From NCBI RefSeq assembly GCF_006345805.1, contig NC_042997.1, positions 175,522,001 through 175,586,000 of the forward strand: DNA of 64,000 nucleotides, read 5' to 3'. The stretch comes from Octopus sinensis (lineage: Eukaryota). The notes below the pieces were generated by a model that was not told the DNA's origin, searched no databases, and saw only the letters and a list, made by a program, of their open reading frames with translations. Every line of letters begins with the position of its first letter. Within the stretch, counting starts at the first letter, position 1. A program made the translations under genes and the position numbers. Shown here one piece after another: positions 50,370 through 62,115 of the stretch.

Positions 50370-53275
50370 TGTAACCTTTCAATCTGCAACACTAACTTCA
50401 AGAAGCCAGTCTGCCACCTTATAACTTATCAGTCAGGAGACTCCGCTAGCCAAATAGACTTCATCCTCACCAGACAACGGGATGCAAGGTTGCTCTTGAA
50501 TACAAAGTCCCTCCCGGGTGAAGAATGTATCCCTCAGCATAGACTAATCATCAGTGACTTTAAGCTTGAGGCCAGAAGGACTCCAAGAAACAAACCAATC
50601 CAGAAAAGAAGGATTTGGAGGCTAAAGAACCCTTCGCATGGTCAGAAATTTAGGGACATACTCATCAAGAAATTTGATGAGAGGGAAGAGGAGCTTCAGA
50701 TGTCAGACATAGAAGGTAGCTGGGAATTCCTACGGGACAGCTTGTTGAGTGCCACAGACCAAGTTTGTGGATGGTGCAAAGTCCCTTCCAGACCTAGAAT
50801 TACGTGGTGGTGGAATAGTGCAGTAGATAAAGCCATCTGTGAAAAGAGACGAGCCTGGAAAGCCTGGAAGGAGGGGGGAGCAGGGAACTGTACCAGATAG
50901 CCAAAAGGGAGGCTGGGCGGCAGGTATACATTGCCAAAGATGTAGCAGAAAAGAAGAAGTTTGCCAATGTCCAGCGTCGCGAGGATCAAAGAGCTGAAGT
51001 ATTTCGGATTGCCAGACAGTGTGTCAGAGAAAATAGCGATGTTATAGGAGAGAAATGTGTCCGCATGGATGATGGGGCACTTGCTTTTACTACTAGTGAA
51101 AAGAAAGAGGCTTGGAGAAGCCATTATGAAAGACTGCTAAATGAGGAGAATGAATGGGAGGAGGAGAGCCTGCCAAATGTTGACCCAGTAGAGGGACCAG
51201 CTACCCGAATAGACAGCTCCCTTGTAGATAAGGCAATTAAGGATATGAAACCAGGCAAAGCCCCTGGCCTATCAGGAATCACTACTGAGATGCTTAAAAC
51301 AGCTGGCTATGTGGGCCATGCCATAGTCACCCGCATTGTAAACCAGGTAGTTCACAATGGCGTCATACCCAATGACTGGTGCAGCAGCACCATAGTCAAC
51401 TGCTACAAGGGTAAGGGTGATGCTCTAGATAGAAATAACTACAGAGGTATCAAACTGTTGGACCAGGTGATGAAGGTCTCAGAGAAGGTCATAACCAATC
51501 TCATTAGGGAGAGAATTTGTTTAGATGAAATGCAGTTCGGTTTTGTACCAGGTAGAAGCACCACTGATGCTATATTCCTGGTCCGACAACTGCAGGAGAA
51601 GTACCTAGCTAAAGATAAACCCCTCTACATAGCTTTTGTAGACTTGGAGAAAGCCTTTGACAGGGTTCCCCGTTCCCTTATCTGGTGGTCGATGCGGAAA
51701 CTGGAGATTGAAGAATGGCTAATAAGGGCTGTACAGGCTCTATACAGAGAGGCTGTCAGCAAGGTTAGGATTGGCAACGAATATAGTGAAGAATTCCGAG
51801 TAGAAGTAGGTGTGCACCAGGGCTCAGCCCTCAGTCCCCTTTTGTTCATCATAGTACTTCAAGCAATAACAGAGGAATTCAAAACGGGATGCCCCTGGGA
51901 GCTCCTCTATGCCGATGACCTAGCTCTCATAGCAGAATCACTACCGGAACTAGAAGAGAAATTTCGGGTATGGAAGCAAGGGTTGGAATCAAAGGGCCTT
52001 AGAATAAATGTAGCAAAGACCAAAGTATTAGTAAGCAGCAAGAGGTACTCAACACACATCCCCTCGGGTAGGTGGCCCTGCTCAACCTGTAGGAAAGGTA
52101 CAGGTAGAAACTCCATAAGATGCACCCAATGTAAGTTATGGACACATAAGAGGTGCAGCAACATTAAAGGGAAATTAACAGATAAGATAGCTTTCATGTG
52201 CGGCAGATGCACAGGGACAATAGACACAACAGACACTCAGAAAACAGATTCCATCACACTCCAGGGAGAGAAACTAGAAGTAGTTGATAGTTTCCGCTAC
52301 CTGGGAGACCAAGTTAGTAGCGGAGGTGGATGCACAGAGAGTATCACCACTAGAATACGAATAGCCTGGGCAAAGTTCAGAAAGCTCCTACCCCTACTGG
52401 CAACAAAAGGCTCTCCCTCAGAGCAAAAGGTAGATTATATGATGCATGTGTGCGAACTGCCATGCTTCACGGTAATGAAACATGGGCTGTGACTGCAGAA
52501 GACATGCGTAGACTTGAAAGAAATGAAGCTAGCATGATCCGCTGGATGTGTAGTGTCAGTGTGCACGCAAAACAGAGTGTAAGTATCCTGAGAGAAATGC
52601 TGGATATAAGAAGCATCAGATGTGGTGTGCAAGAGCGACGCTTGCGATGGTATGGTCATGTGCTGCGGATGGATGAAGAGAGATGTGTGAAGAAGTGCCA
52701 CTCCCAAACAGTTGAAGGTATCAGGGTAGACCCAGGAAGACATGGGATGAGGTGGTCAAGCATGACCTCAGAGCATTGGGCCTCACTGAGGCAATGGCGA
52801 AGGACCGAGATCTCTGGAGATATGCTGTGACTACAAAGACCCGGGCTGCTTTCTGCAGCAATTCCACATACCCCCTACCCATTCTAAGTACCCCCCTACC
52901 CATTCTAAGTACCCCCCTACCCATTCTAATACCCCGGATCCCCAAAGTACCCCGGATCCCCAAAGTACCCTGGATCCCCAAAATACCCCAATCCCCAGTA
53001 CCCCGGACCTCGTTGCCCCCGTGCCGCTGACACGTAAAATGCTCGAATCCGATCGTGACGATGCCGGACCCTCCGGCCCCTGTGCAGGTGGCACGTAAAA
53101 AGCACCCAATCCACTCACGGAGTGGTTGGCGTTAGGAAGGGCATCCAGCCGTAGAAACTCTGCCAGATTCAGACTGGAGCCTGGAGCGGCCCCTGGCTTC
53201 CCAGACCCGGTCAAACCGTCCAACCCGTGCTAGCGCGGAAAGCGGACGTTAAACGATGATGATGATGATGATGAT
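50370..53275 (+). mobile_element. 5'-truncated RTE-type non-LTR retrotransposon: end of APE endonuclease, reverse transcriptase, PHD-like finger, 3' UTR and (GAT)n tail; antisense in an ASPM intron
   Basis: SQIDFILTR (APE C-terminus). RT motifs QFGFVPGRSTTDAI, FVDLEKAFDRV, GVHQGSALSPLLF, LLYADDL. RTE-like C-terminus RRLRWYGHVLRM. Frameshifts near 50880, 52410 and 52725. Ends in aaacGATGATGATGATGATGATGAT. Confidence 0.93.
52869..53010. repeat. C-rich minisatellites in the LINE 3' UTR (3 x 20-21 nt; ~4-5 x 15-18 nt)
   Basis: taccccc(c)tacccattctaag x3, then taccccggatccccaaag-like units. Confidence 0.92.
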
Positions 53276-53764
53276 ACACACACACACACACACATACAGT
53301 TTTCTTTCAGTTTCCATCAACCAAATCCATTCACAAGGTTATAGTCAGCCAGGGTCCATAGTTGATGCTAATAGAAGATCCATATTCTTTAAGATGGAAG
53401 GGCGATATCTCTAGCATGCCAAGCAACCACATCAAGGTTCCCTCATTAGCCCCAGATTCGTATTGGCAGTGAGACCAGTTATCAAGGATTATGTGTGGAA
53501 CAGATGGAAGAATAACTTCCTAACTGATGACTGATAGGTATCTTTTAGTTGTTGCAGTCATTAGACTGTGGCCATGCAGGAGCACCACCTTTGGGAATTT
53601 TTGTAGAAATCATGCTGAATCAGACTGGAGTTGGGTGTAGCCTTCCAGCTGGTCAGCCCTGGTCAAACCATCCAGCCCATGCCAATATGAACAACAGATG
53701 TTAAATGATGATGACAATCTTAAGTTATGCCTACCACTGAAAATCATAAGTGAATTGTACAAAC

Positions 53765-53919
53765 CTTTGCTAAATTCAGAAATATTTGTATGCTGTATTT
53801 AATGAGTTCCATGTGAGGAACACTGCGGTTACAGCCTTTTACTATGTTGTATATCACCGGAATAGCATTTTCCCTAGCCAACTGGAGACAACACACGGGA
53901 GATAGACGAGAAGCAGCTT
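53765..53919 (-). CDS. ASPM: ASPM exon: (E)AASRLSPVCCLQLARENAIPVIYNIVKGCNRSVPHMELIKYSIQIFLNLAK
   Basis: tttttcttctgcAG acceptor, GTTTGT donor, 155 nt, phase 1/0. Matches ASPM RLSPLCC...SCNRSIPCME...VLLNVSK (ARM/HEAT-like C-terminal region). Missed by the ORF track. Confidence 0.95.
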
Positions 53920-54515
53920 CTGCAGAAGAAAAAGATTTTATTCAGATCAGAATATAGTTAGAAAAAAAACTCTGAAGTATTGCATAATGCAATAACACAA
54001 AGTTAGAGGGAAATTCTTTAGAGTGGTAGACAAATGAATTGAGAAATACTATCTATTAAAAGATTCAGGCAGTTATATGTATGGTCAAAAGTAAAGAAAG
54101 TAAAATAGGTTATTCTCCATGAAAGTAAAGTGTTGTTATCTTGTTCTGTAGAGCAAAATATGCAGGAAGAGAGAGACAGTTTTCCTGAGGTGGGAGCACG
54201 AAATTATCAATCAGGTACTTTACATTCTTCTAAAGGCAGTGTTACAAAGATGTACCAAATACAGGAACAGTTAAGTGGAATGATGGTATTTCAACTCTGT
54301 AGCAAGTTCAAAAATGGATAAAATTCAGAGTAGTGGTGGTTGATTAATATTAATCAAAATAGAGGGAAACTAAAATTATTTAAAAATCTAATAAGAGACA
54401 AGATTTGACATATGGAGAAAAATGGGACTGGTAAGCTGATGTGACGGTATACTGTCACATTTTAGTATACTAAGAAGAAGCTAGCTCAATTGGTTATCAA
54501 GTACCTAATAAATAA

Positions 54516-55135
54516 TATTGGGTTGGTGCATAATTATTGCGGTTTTTTACAACAAATTTTATTCAACAAAAACAATAACAATATTTAACAAAAACATCTT
54601 TAAATGACAGTCTGACCATCTGCCAAGCAAATGGGAAGCAGTAATTGAAGTAGATTGTGAATCATCATCATCATCGTTTAACGTCCGCTTTCCATGCTAG
54701 CATGGGTTGGACGATTTGACTGAGGACTGGTAAGCCAGTAGGCTGCACCAGGCTCCAATCTGATCGGGCAGAGTTTCCACAGCTGGATGCCCTTCCTAAT
54801 GCCAACCACTCCAAGAGTGTAGTGGGTGCTTTAAAAGTGCCACTGGCACAAGGGCCAGTTTGGCAGTACTGGCAATGGCCACGCTCGAAAATGGTGTTTT
54901 TTTACATGCCACCTGCATAGGGGTCAGTCCAGCAGCACTGGCAACGACCTCGCTCGAATGTTTTGTTCACATGCCAGTGAGGAGACACTGACAACAATCA
55001 CGCTCAAATGGTGCTCTTTACGTGCCGCTCCAGAATAATCATTTAAAGATGTTTTTGTTACATATTGTTTTTTTTTTTAATAAAATTTGTTGGAAAAAAA
55101 AAAAAAAGCCGCAATAATTATGCACCAACCCAATA
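54516..55135. mobile_element. Mariner MITE with ~95-bp TIRs, interrupted by an RTE-tail insertion
   Basis: TATTGGGTTGGTGCATAATTATTGCGG / CCGCAATAATTATGCACCAACCCAATA termini (Hsmar1/MADE1-like TIR). The remnant LPSKWEAVIEVD.E is split at ~54660. Confidence 0.85.
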
Positions 55136-55399
55136 ATTTTAACTATGAATTTTAACAGATACAATTTAACAGCAACACCTAGGATAAATTTGGGCAGGAA
55201 GTAAATGAAAACTAGACACACAATTGCAAGTTTAAACCTTACTTTGAAACTTAGAAATGAGCAAGAGACATAACTGTATGTTTTATTTTAGTGTGCCTCA
55301 TAAATCACAGACTCGTTTCAGTGTTTACTTAAGTAGTTAACTATTAGGAAAAGGCAACCACTATTAAATTAATTGCTCTGACAATATTCAAGTATTTAA

Positions 55400-55975
55400 A
55401 CTCTTAGCATTTTTGAGAAAAGTCTATATTTACGAAGCTATTTCGTTAATTTCAACCAATCAATGACGTGTATTCAGCTAAATAAAATTACTGCTGTTGT
55501 TTGTCAACAACTTCCGGCAGTGTATATTTCGTTTGTCACTGTTATTTACGATATATTTCATCTCAGTTACGTTTGTATGAATAAACGAGTGTATCTGAAC
55601 CATGTTTATTTCATGGCACCACCATAATCGTTCGTGCTTCATTTTTCATCTTTTCCCGTAACTCCAACACCCCAAAACCCTAAAGCTAAAACTAGTACAA
55701 TCGCACAAATGATGTCATAAATAACAGTGACAAATGAAATATACACCGCTTATAGTTGTTATTGACAAACAACAGTAGTAATTTTATTCAGCTGAATACA
55801 CGTCATTGATTGGTTTAAATTACCGAAATCCGACAACTTTAAAATGAAATAACTTCCTAAATATAAGTTTTTCTCAAAAACACTAAGAGTAAACGATATT
55901 TTATATGACACATTCTACCAGTGTCCGAAGTTTGAAAGTGTTTAGTTACAAAAAATTATTTTCTAAATCTGCCAG
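55400..55975. mobile_element. Non-autonomous element with long subterminal inverted repeats (family unresolved)
   Basis: 55400-55552 is mirrored by ~55712-55890. There is an asymmetric 3' extension and an internal aaaaccctaaa motif. Confidence 0.6.
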
Positions 55976-56279
55976 TCAAAAGGTAAAGATCAAAATCAAA
56001 CAATATATATAAACAGATTGCAAATTTTCTATGTTCCACATCACTGAAAATTAAAATATCAAATTTTGACTTAAGGCCAGCAATTTTTAGAGGTAGGGAT
56101 TAGTAAATTACAGAGACCCCCCCACCCGTACTTTATGAAGCCCAAAAGGATACCTCAGCAGTATTTGAACTCAGAATGTACAGTTTCAGAAAAAATACCA
56201 CAAATCATTCTGATACTCTAATGATTCTGCCAGCTAACTGCCTTAATAAGGAGAAACAACAATGATAATTGCCACTAAC

Positions 56280-56469
56280 CGAGGTTCACAAGGGCATGGA
56301 GTACATCAGAAAGCTGTTTGAATTTCATTAATTGATCAAAACCCTCAGCAAATCTACTAATTAACTTCTTGTCTTCAGTTGCTTCCTTTGTTACAGCTAA
56401 CAAACGTTGCCTCAACTTAGTAATAGTCTGTTTGCTCTGACATCGGACTTTATAACCTCTCCAGCAACT
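56280..56469 (-). CDS. ASPM: ASPM exon: SCWRGYKVRCQSKQTITKLRQRLLAVTKEATEDKKLISRFAEGFDQLMKFKQLSDVLHALVNL
   Basis: ttcttttccAG acceptor, GTTAGT donor, 190 nt, phase 0/1. Second half of the last IQ motif followed by the conserved YKHLS.ILEAL..L-like segment. Confidence 0.94.
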
Positions 56470-57811
56470 CTGGAAAAGAAAAACAAAAAGGAATTAAGAA
56501 CAATAAATCATTCTGATGCTTTTATGCACAATTTTTTTTTAAAATGCAGGAGAAAGAGAGAATGTAAGAGACAAATTGGCACAAAAGCATTTACAAAAAC
56601 CATCAAACAGAAAATAAAGCTAACTAGATACATATCTGAAACATATGGGAATGGATGAACAGAGACAAGCTCATTTAAAGGATTTACAATCAGTACACAA
56701 ATAAATAAGTGGTTCATAATAATGTGGTCAATGAATATCGTCAGCGCCGCAACGACTGGCCTCCGTGCCGGTGGCACGTAAAAAGCACCATCCAATCGTG
56801 GCCGTTTGCCAGCCTCATCTGGTACCTGTGCAGCTGGCACGTAAAAAGCACCCACTACACTCACGGAGTGGTTGGCGTTAGGAAGGGCATCCAGCTGTAG
56901 AAACACTGCCAGATCAGACTAGGCCTGGTGCAGCCTTCTGGCTTCCCAGACCCCAGCTGAACCGTCCAACCCATGCTAGCATGGAAAACGGACGTTAAAC
57001 GATGATGATGATGTAGCCTAGCTACAAAGGCTTGTGTCACCGTTTATACCTGAACTATGGTTATGCTATTTGTAGCAATAGCTCAGTGTATATTGTAAAC
57101 ATTCAGAGACATTTGTGCACATGTGTACATGCAATGGATGTTTACGTCCAGCAAATTCCCTCACAAGCCTGGTCAGCCCAAAGCCATATAGTAAAAGATA
57201 TTTGTCCAAAGTGCCACATAGTGAAACATCATAAGCTGCACCCAGTACACTGGAGTGGTCAGTGTTAGGAAGGACATCCAAAATATGTCAATGGAAGGCG
57301 GACATTAAACGATGATGATGATGATGTCCTTCTGTAGTACATCTAGGAGGGCAGTGACTTCAAATATGAACTTAAACCATGGCGACTTGTCCAATACATG
57401 CAACATTTTTAATTGATTACATGAGGAAGAGCATCCAGCCGTGCAATCTAAGCCAGATCAGACTGGAACTTGGTGCAGCTCTCCAACCGATGCCAGCATG
57501 AAAAGCAGACACTAAATGATGATTTTAACCTAACTGAAATAAACAGGAGTCAGAGTATTACCTTGGCACACTTCGGTGTTGTGGTCATGAGAAAGTCACA
57601 CAATTCTGCCTACCTTAGTTTACCCTGATATATTTTAGGGTTGAATGGATTACAGTAAAAAAAATAGTAAAAACATGCTGTAATGAAACCCAGGGTCCTG
57701 CCTTAGCTAATTGGGACAAATATGAAAAAAGCATACCACAAATAAAACAAAATAACTTGGCTAATAAAAACAAAACATTTACAATAACTGTATTAAAAAA
57801 CAGCCATTTAC

Positions 57812-58003
57812 TTGTATAAGAGTAGCATTATGATGTAGTTTTTTGACACGCTTTCTGACGATCCACCCTCTCATTATACGTTGAATGAGTTGAGCTGCAT
57901 GATCTCGCCTTTTCAGATACTGCTGGAGATAACGCTCAATCGTCAAGATGGCACTCTTCTTCCTTTCAAAAAGTCTTCTCGCATAAAAAGCACGGATATT
58001 TGT
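57812..58003 (-). CDS. ASPM: ASPM IQ exon: TNIRAFYARRLFERKKSAILTIERYLQQYLKRRDHAAQLIQRIMRGWIVRKRVKKLHHNATLIQ
   Basis: aaatttttcAG acceptor, GTAAAT donor, 192 nt, phase 0/0. IQxxxRGWxxR motifs. Confidence 0.94.
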
Positions 58004-59947
58004 CTGAAAAATTTAGAAATAGCATTATATAGTAATCAAGAGGAAGTGTGAGTATCCATGATGAATGCAGGTCTGAGACTAATGCAGTTGTCGTTCACTA
58101 TGAACATCTGAAATGGATATCAGAAAGAATTTCAGGAGACTTATGTTCTACAATGCTCTGTGATGCCATACAGATTGGCATAACATTTCATATGTACAGG
58201 AAAAGGATATAGAAACTGCATAATGCTTGTTTAGAAGAGTGGGGGAAGAGTAACTAAAGCAAATACTTTAGTCACTAATTTCTACAAAATACAAATTTTA
58301 GTGCAGATAAACCCAACTATTCAGTGTTAAGTATTTGCTTTAGTCACTCCTCCACACTCTGCCATTCATGAAAATAAGATATAGAAGTATATGTGATATA
58401 TACTTATGTTTCATTCTTGAATGAAGCCATCAAGTACTTGTTTTAATGAACTGGTCATTTAGAACAAACTACACAGGCTCTTAACAATAGCTATGTGAAC
58501 ACCGGTCAAGTTGTAAAAATAGCAACCAAATTTCCATCAGCACCCTACTATCTTAAAGGCAAGATGCATTAAACAGTGTGGACCCTGATATTCAAAAAGA
58601 TGGAATGGTCATGACTAGAATGTGTATGGATCATACGTATTTAATTACAGCTGACTGAGTAAAACAAATGAAGGTAATGTATGATATATCTAAATAAACC
58701 TAATAAATTCTGCAATTGTTGGTGATTTTATATATTTAACCTTTTCATTACTGTATTTATTTTGAGATGTTCTGTGTTTCTTTAAATATAACAAAGAATT
58801 TAGTAAAATAACTTAGTTATCATTCAGCTAATGTTAGGAACATAAATTGAGACTAAGGTTTGGTGGAAGATTTTAATTAAAACCTTATGAAAACAACAGA
58901 GCCAGAGCCGGTTTCATCTTGAATTCAGCATATTTTTCTGTTTTGACTCTTTTTCAATGGTATTTTAATTTCACTTACTGAGTGCAAGCATGGCTGTGTG
59001 GCTAAGTTCACTTCCCAATTACATTTCAGGTTCAAAAATATTTATTAGCAACAGAGGGAGTAATAATTCCGAGAGGTAATATTTATCTCCACTCTAACAA
59101 GGACATTCTGTTACAACAAACTTTCCTGCAGTAGTTACAATGAGAAAATCTTCATATTGGCTTTTGGTGCAAAATGCATTCTAGTTCATATTGCTTAGCA
59201 GAGAGGTAAATCCCCACCACCTTCAGCACAGAGTCTACCACATCACTTGATTTCGACCTTCCTTGGTCTTATCAAGGATTAACACTTGACAGCTAGAGAT
59301 GTTCTAGCAGAACCTCCACATACTAAGTGAGGATAAACATTGCCTCCCACCATTTCAAGTTCAGTTTCACTAAACAGCACCTTGTGCTTTCTACTATAGC
59401 CCCGTGCCAACCAAAGACTAGAGAAGATTTAGCAAATAGATACTGAAAAAATCTTGTCATATGTATCATCGTAGTGTCTATTTTTCCATGCTTGTAGAAG
59501 TCAGATGAGAGAGTGGTATCTAGTATAATTAAAAATTTTTAGTGCTTTTTTTTTTTCTATCACTTGTTTCAGTCATTTGACTGCAGTCATGAAGGTTTTG
59601 ACTGCACCTTGAAAGGTTTTAGTCAAACAAATCAACCTCATGACTTTCTTTTTTTCAGCCTAGTACTAATTCTGTCTCTTTTGCCAAACTGCTTAGTTAT
59701 GGGGATGGAAGCACAACATCACTAGTTGTCAAGCAGTGATTGGGGGGGGGGGTGGACAGACAAACACACACACATTTATGTACACTAACAAGGCTTTGGT
59801 CAGCCTGAGGCTATAAGTAAAAGACACTTGCCCAAGGTGCCATGCTGTTGAACTGAACCCAGAACCATGTAGTTGCGAAGCAAGCTTCTTACCACAGAAC
59901 CACACCTGTGCCAATGAGGATAAAAACCAATTAAAATGTTTACATAC

Positions 59948-60136
59948 TTGTATCACAATAGCTGCTGCTGTTTGTTTGGCCAAACATTTTCTAACCAGCC
60001 ATCCACGGATGAAGGACTGTATTACTGTGGCAGCTTGATGCCTACGATGTAACCAGCGACGACAATATTTCTGCACAGTACAAACTGCATTTAATTTCTT
60101 TGTCCGTGTTTTAAGCAACCAATATTCAGCAGGAAC
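59948..60136 (-). CDS. ASPM: ASPM IQ exon: VPAEYWLLKTRTKKLNAVCTVQKYCRRWLHRRHQAATVIQSFIRGWLVRKCLAKQTAAAIVIQ
   Basis: atttctttcAG acceptor, GTATGT donor, 189 nt, phase 0/0. Tandem IQ motifs. Confidence 0.92.
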
Positions 60137-62057
60137 CTGAAAGAAATATTACAATCTTAATCATCTTCAGTGCTTTAAATTGTTTTTCAAGATAAACTGA
60201 ATCAAAATAATTTGCTGTATATATATCGTTATGAATCATTCCATGTGAGATTCAAGCAAATCACATCATCCCAAATATTCCTAGATATACTACCACACAT
60301 CTTCACAGAAGGAAGCGTTCACATGGTTGCTTAACCCTTTAGCATTTAATCTGACCATATCCGACCCAAATATTCCACCTGTTTTATGTTAAAACTGTCT
60401 GGATCCAACCACTCACACCTACCCTACAATGTCATTTTAAAAACATATAGCTACACCATTTAAATTTTGAAGTTACAAAATAATATGTGATTAATTCAAA
60501 ACAGTATGAATAAATAAGCAATAAATTTCACAAAGACGTCTGAATGCTAAAGGTTAAACTGATAGAAAAAGCAAAACCTCCCTCAAATTACACTCAACTA
60601 TTTTAGATAAAGAAAAATGTTAGATAATGTAATCGTACACACCCTACAAAGAGAGGACATCACAGCAAGAATGCCTAAGACCATAGGTTTGTTTGTTCAG
60701 AGCAGATCTGGGGCAAAGCAACAACCTTCCACAAATAGATATTTCTATCCAGTCAATTTCATTTTGTTCAAACTAATTTGACATCTCTCCTGCATAAACT
60801 GGAGAATGTCTGATACCTACTCATTACTTCATGCATCCTTTCTCACAAAGTTGTTCATCTAACATATCAATAGCTAAAATTCATTTTTCTTCCATTATAG
60901 CAATGTAAGATTACATTTTATACATTATAGATTATTTTCCATTTGGAGAGAGAAAAAAAGCCCTTTACAATAAACAGATTAGTTTGATAAACTATTTCTA
61001 GAAACATCTTTTACTAAATCTGCAACAAGAAATATGGTTTCAATAGGTTTCTACATGACACTGCATCCTTTAAGGCCCTCATGCTTTCCGAAATCCGCCA
61101 AAACTACACTTGATTATATATACACCTGAGCACTGTACACAATTATTATTATTATTATTATTATTTATTATTATTCAAACATGATAATTCCAATTCAATG
61201 TTAAAATTCTTCAAAGTCTGAGCAATCCTTAAAAGTTCTAGTTCAAATTTGGGATTTCTTATCAAGTATGTAAAACCTCCCATCAAATATGTCAAATATC
61301 ATACATTAGAATAATCCCAATTTGCATCTAATCCAGCTCAGTCATCATATTATTATTATTAAGGCAGCGAGTTGGCAGAATCATTAGCATGCTGGTCAAA
61401 ATGCTTAGCAGTATTTTGCCCATCTGTACGTTCTGAGTTCAAATTATGCTGAGGTTAACTTTGCCTTTCATCCTTTCAGATTAATAAATCAATATATAAA
61501 GTACCAGTCAAGTACTAGGGTCGATGTAATCAACTCATCCCCTCTCCCAAAATTGCTGCCCTTGTGATAAAATTTGAAACCATTATCATTAAGGCAGCAA
61601 GTTGGCAGAATCATTAATGCACCAGCATTTCATCCGTCTTCATATTCTGAGTTCAAATTCCACAGAGGTCAATATTGCCTTTTATCCTTTCTAGGTCAAT
61701 AAAATAAGAACTAATTGAGTACTGGGGAGGAGGGTCAACATATTCAACATCCCCCACCCCCAAATTGCTGGCCTTGCACCAAAATTTTAAATCATTATTA
61801 GCATTGTTGATTTAAACACCACATTTATAACTAATCAATTTACTCTTTACTCTTTTTTTACTCTTTTTCTTGTTTCAGTCATTTGACCGTGGCCATGCTG
61901 GAGCACCGCCTTTAATCGAGCAACTTGACACCGGGACTTATTCTTTTGTAAGCCCAGTACGTATTCTATCGGTCTCTTTTGCCGAACCGCTAAGTAATGG
62001 GGACATAAACACACCAGCATCAGTTGTCAAGTAATGCTAGGGGGACAAACACACATA

Positions 62058-62115
<58 letters not shown>

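Noticed and set aside
58053-58119. C/D snoRNA-like pattern (tatcc-ATGATGA...CTGA...CTGA-aat-ggata)
   Set aside because: It is on the strand opposite the host ASPM intron, has only 8 nt between box C and the first CTGA, and has non-canonical stem spacing. ATGATGA is very common here. A snoscan/Infernal hit or small-RNA reads would be needed to revive it.
61170-61300. Short open frame on - (GGFTYLIRNPKFELELLRIAQTL...) in an ASPM intron
   Set aside because: Lacks usable splice sites and IQ character; possibly an unrecognised transposon fossil.
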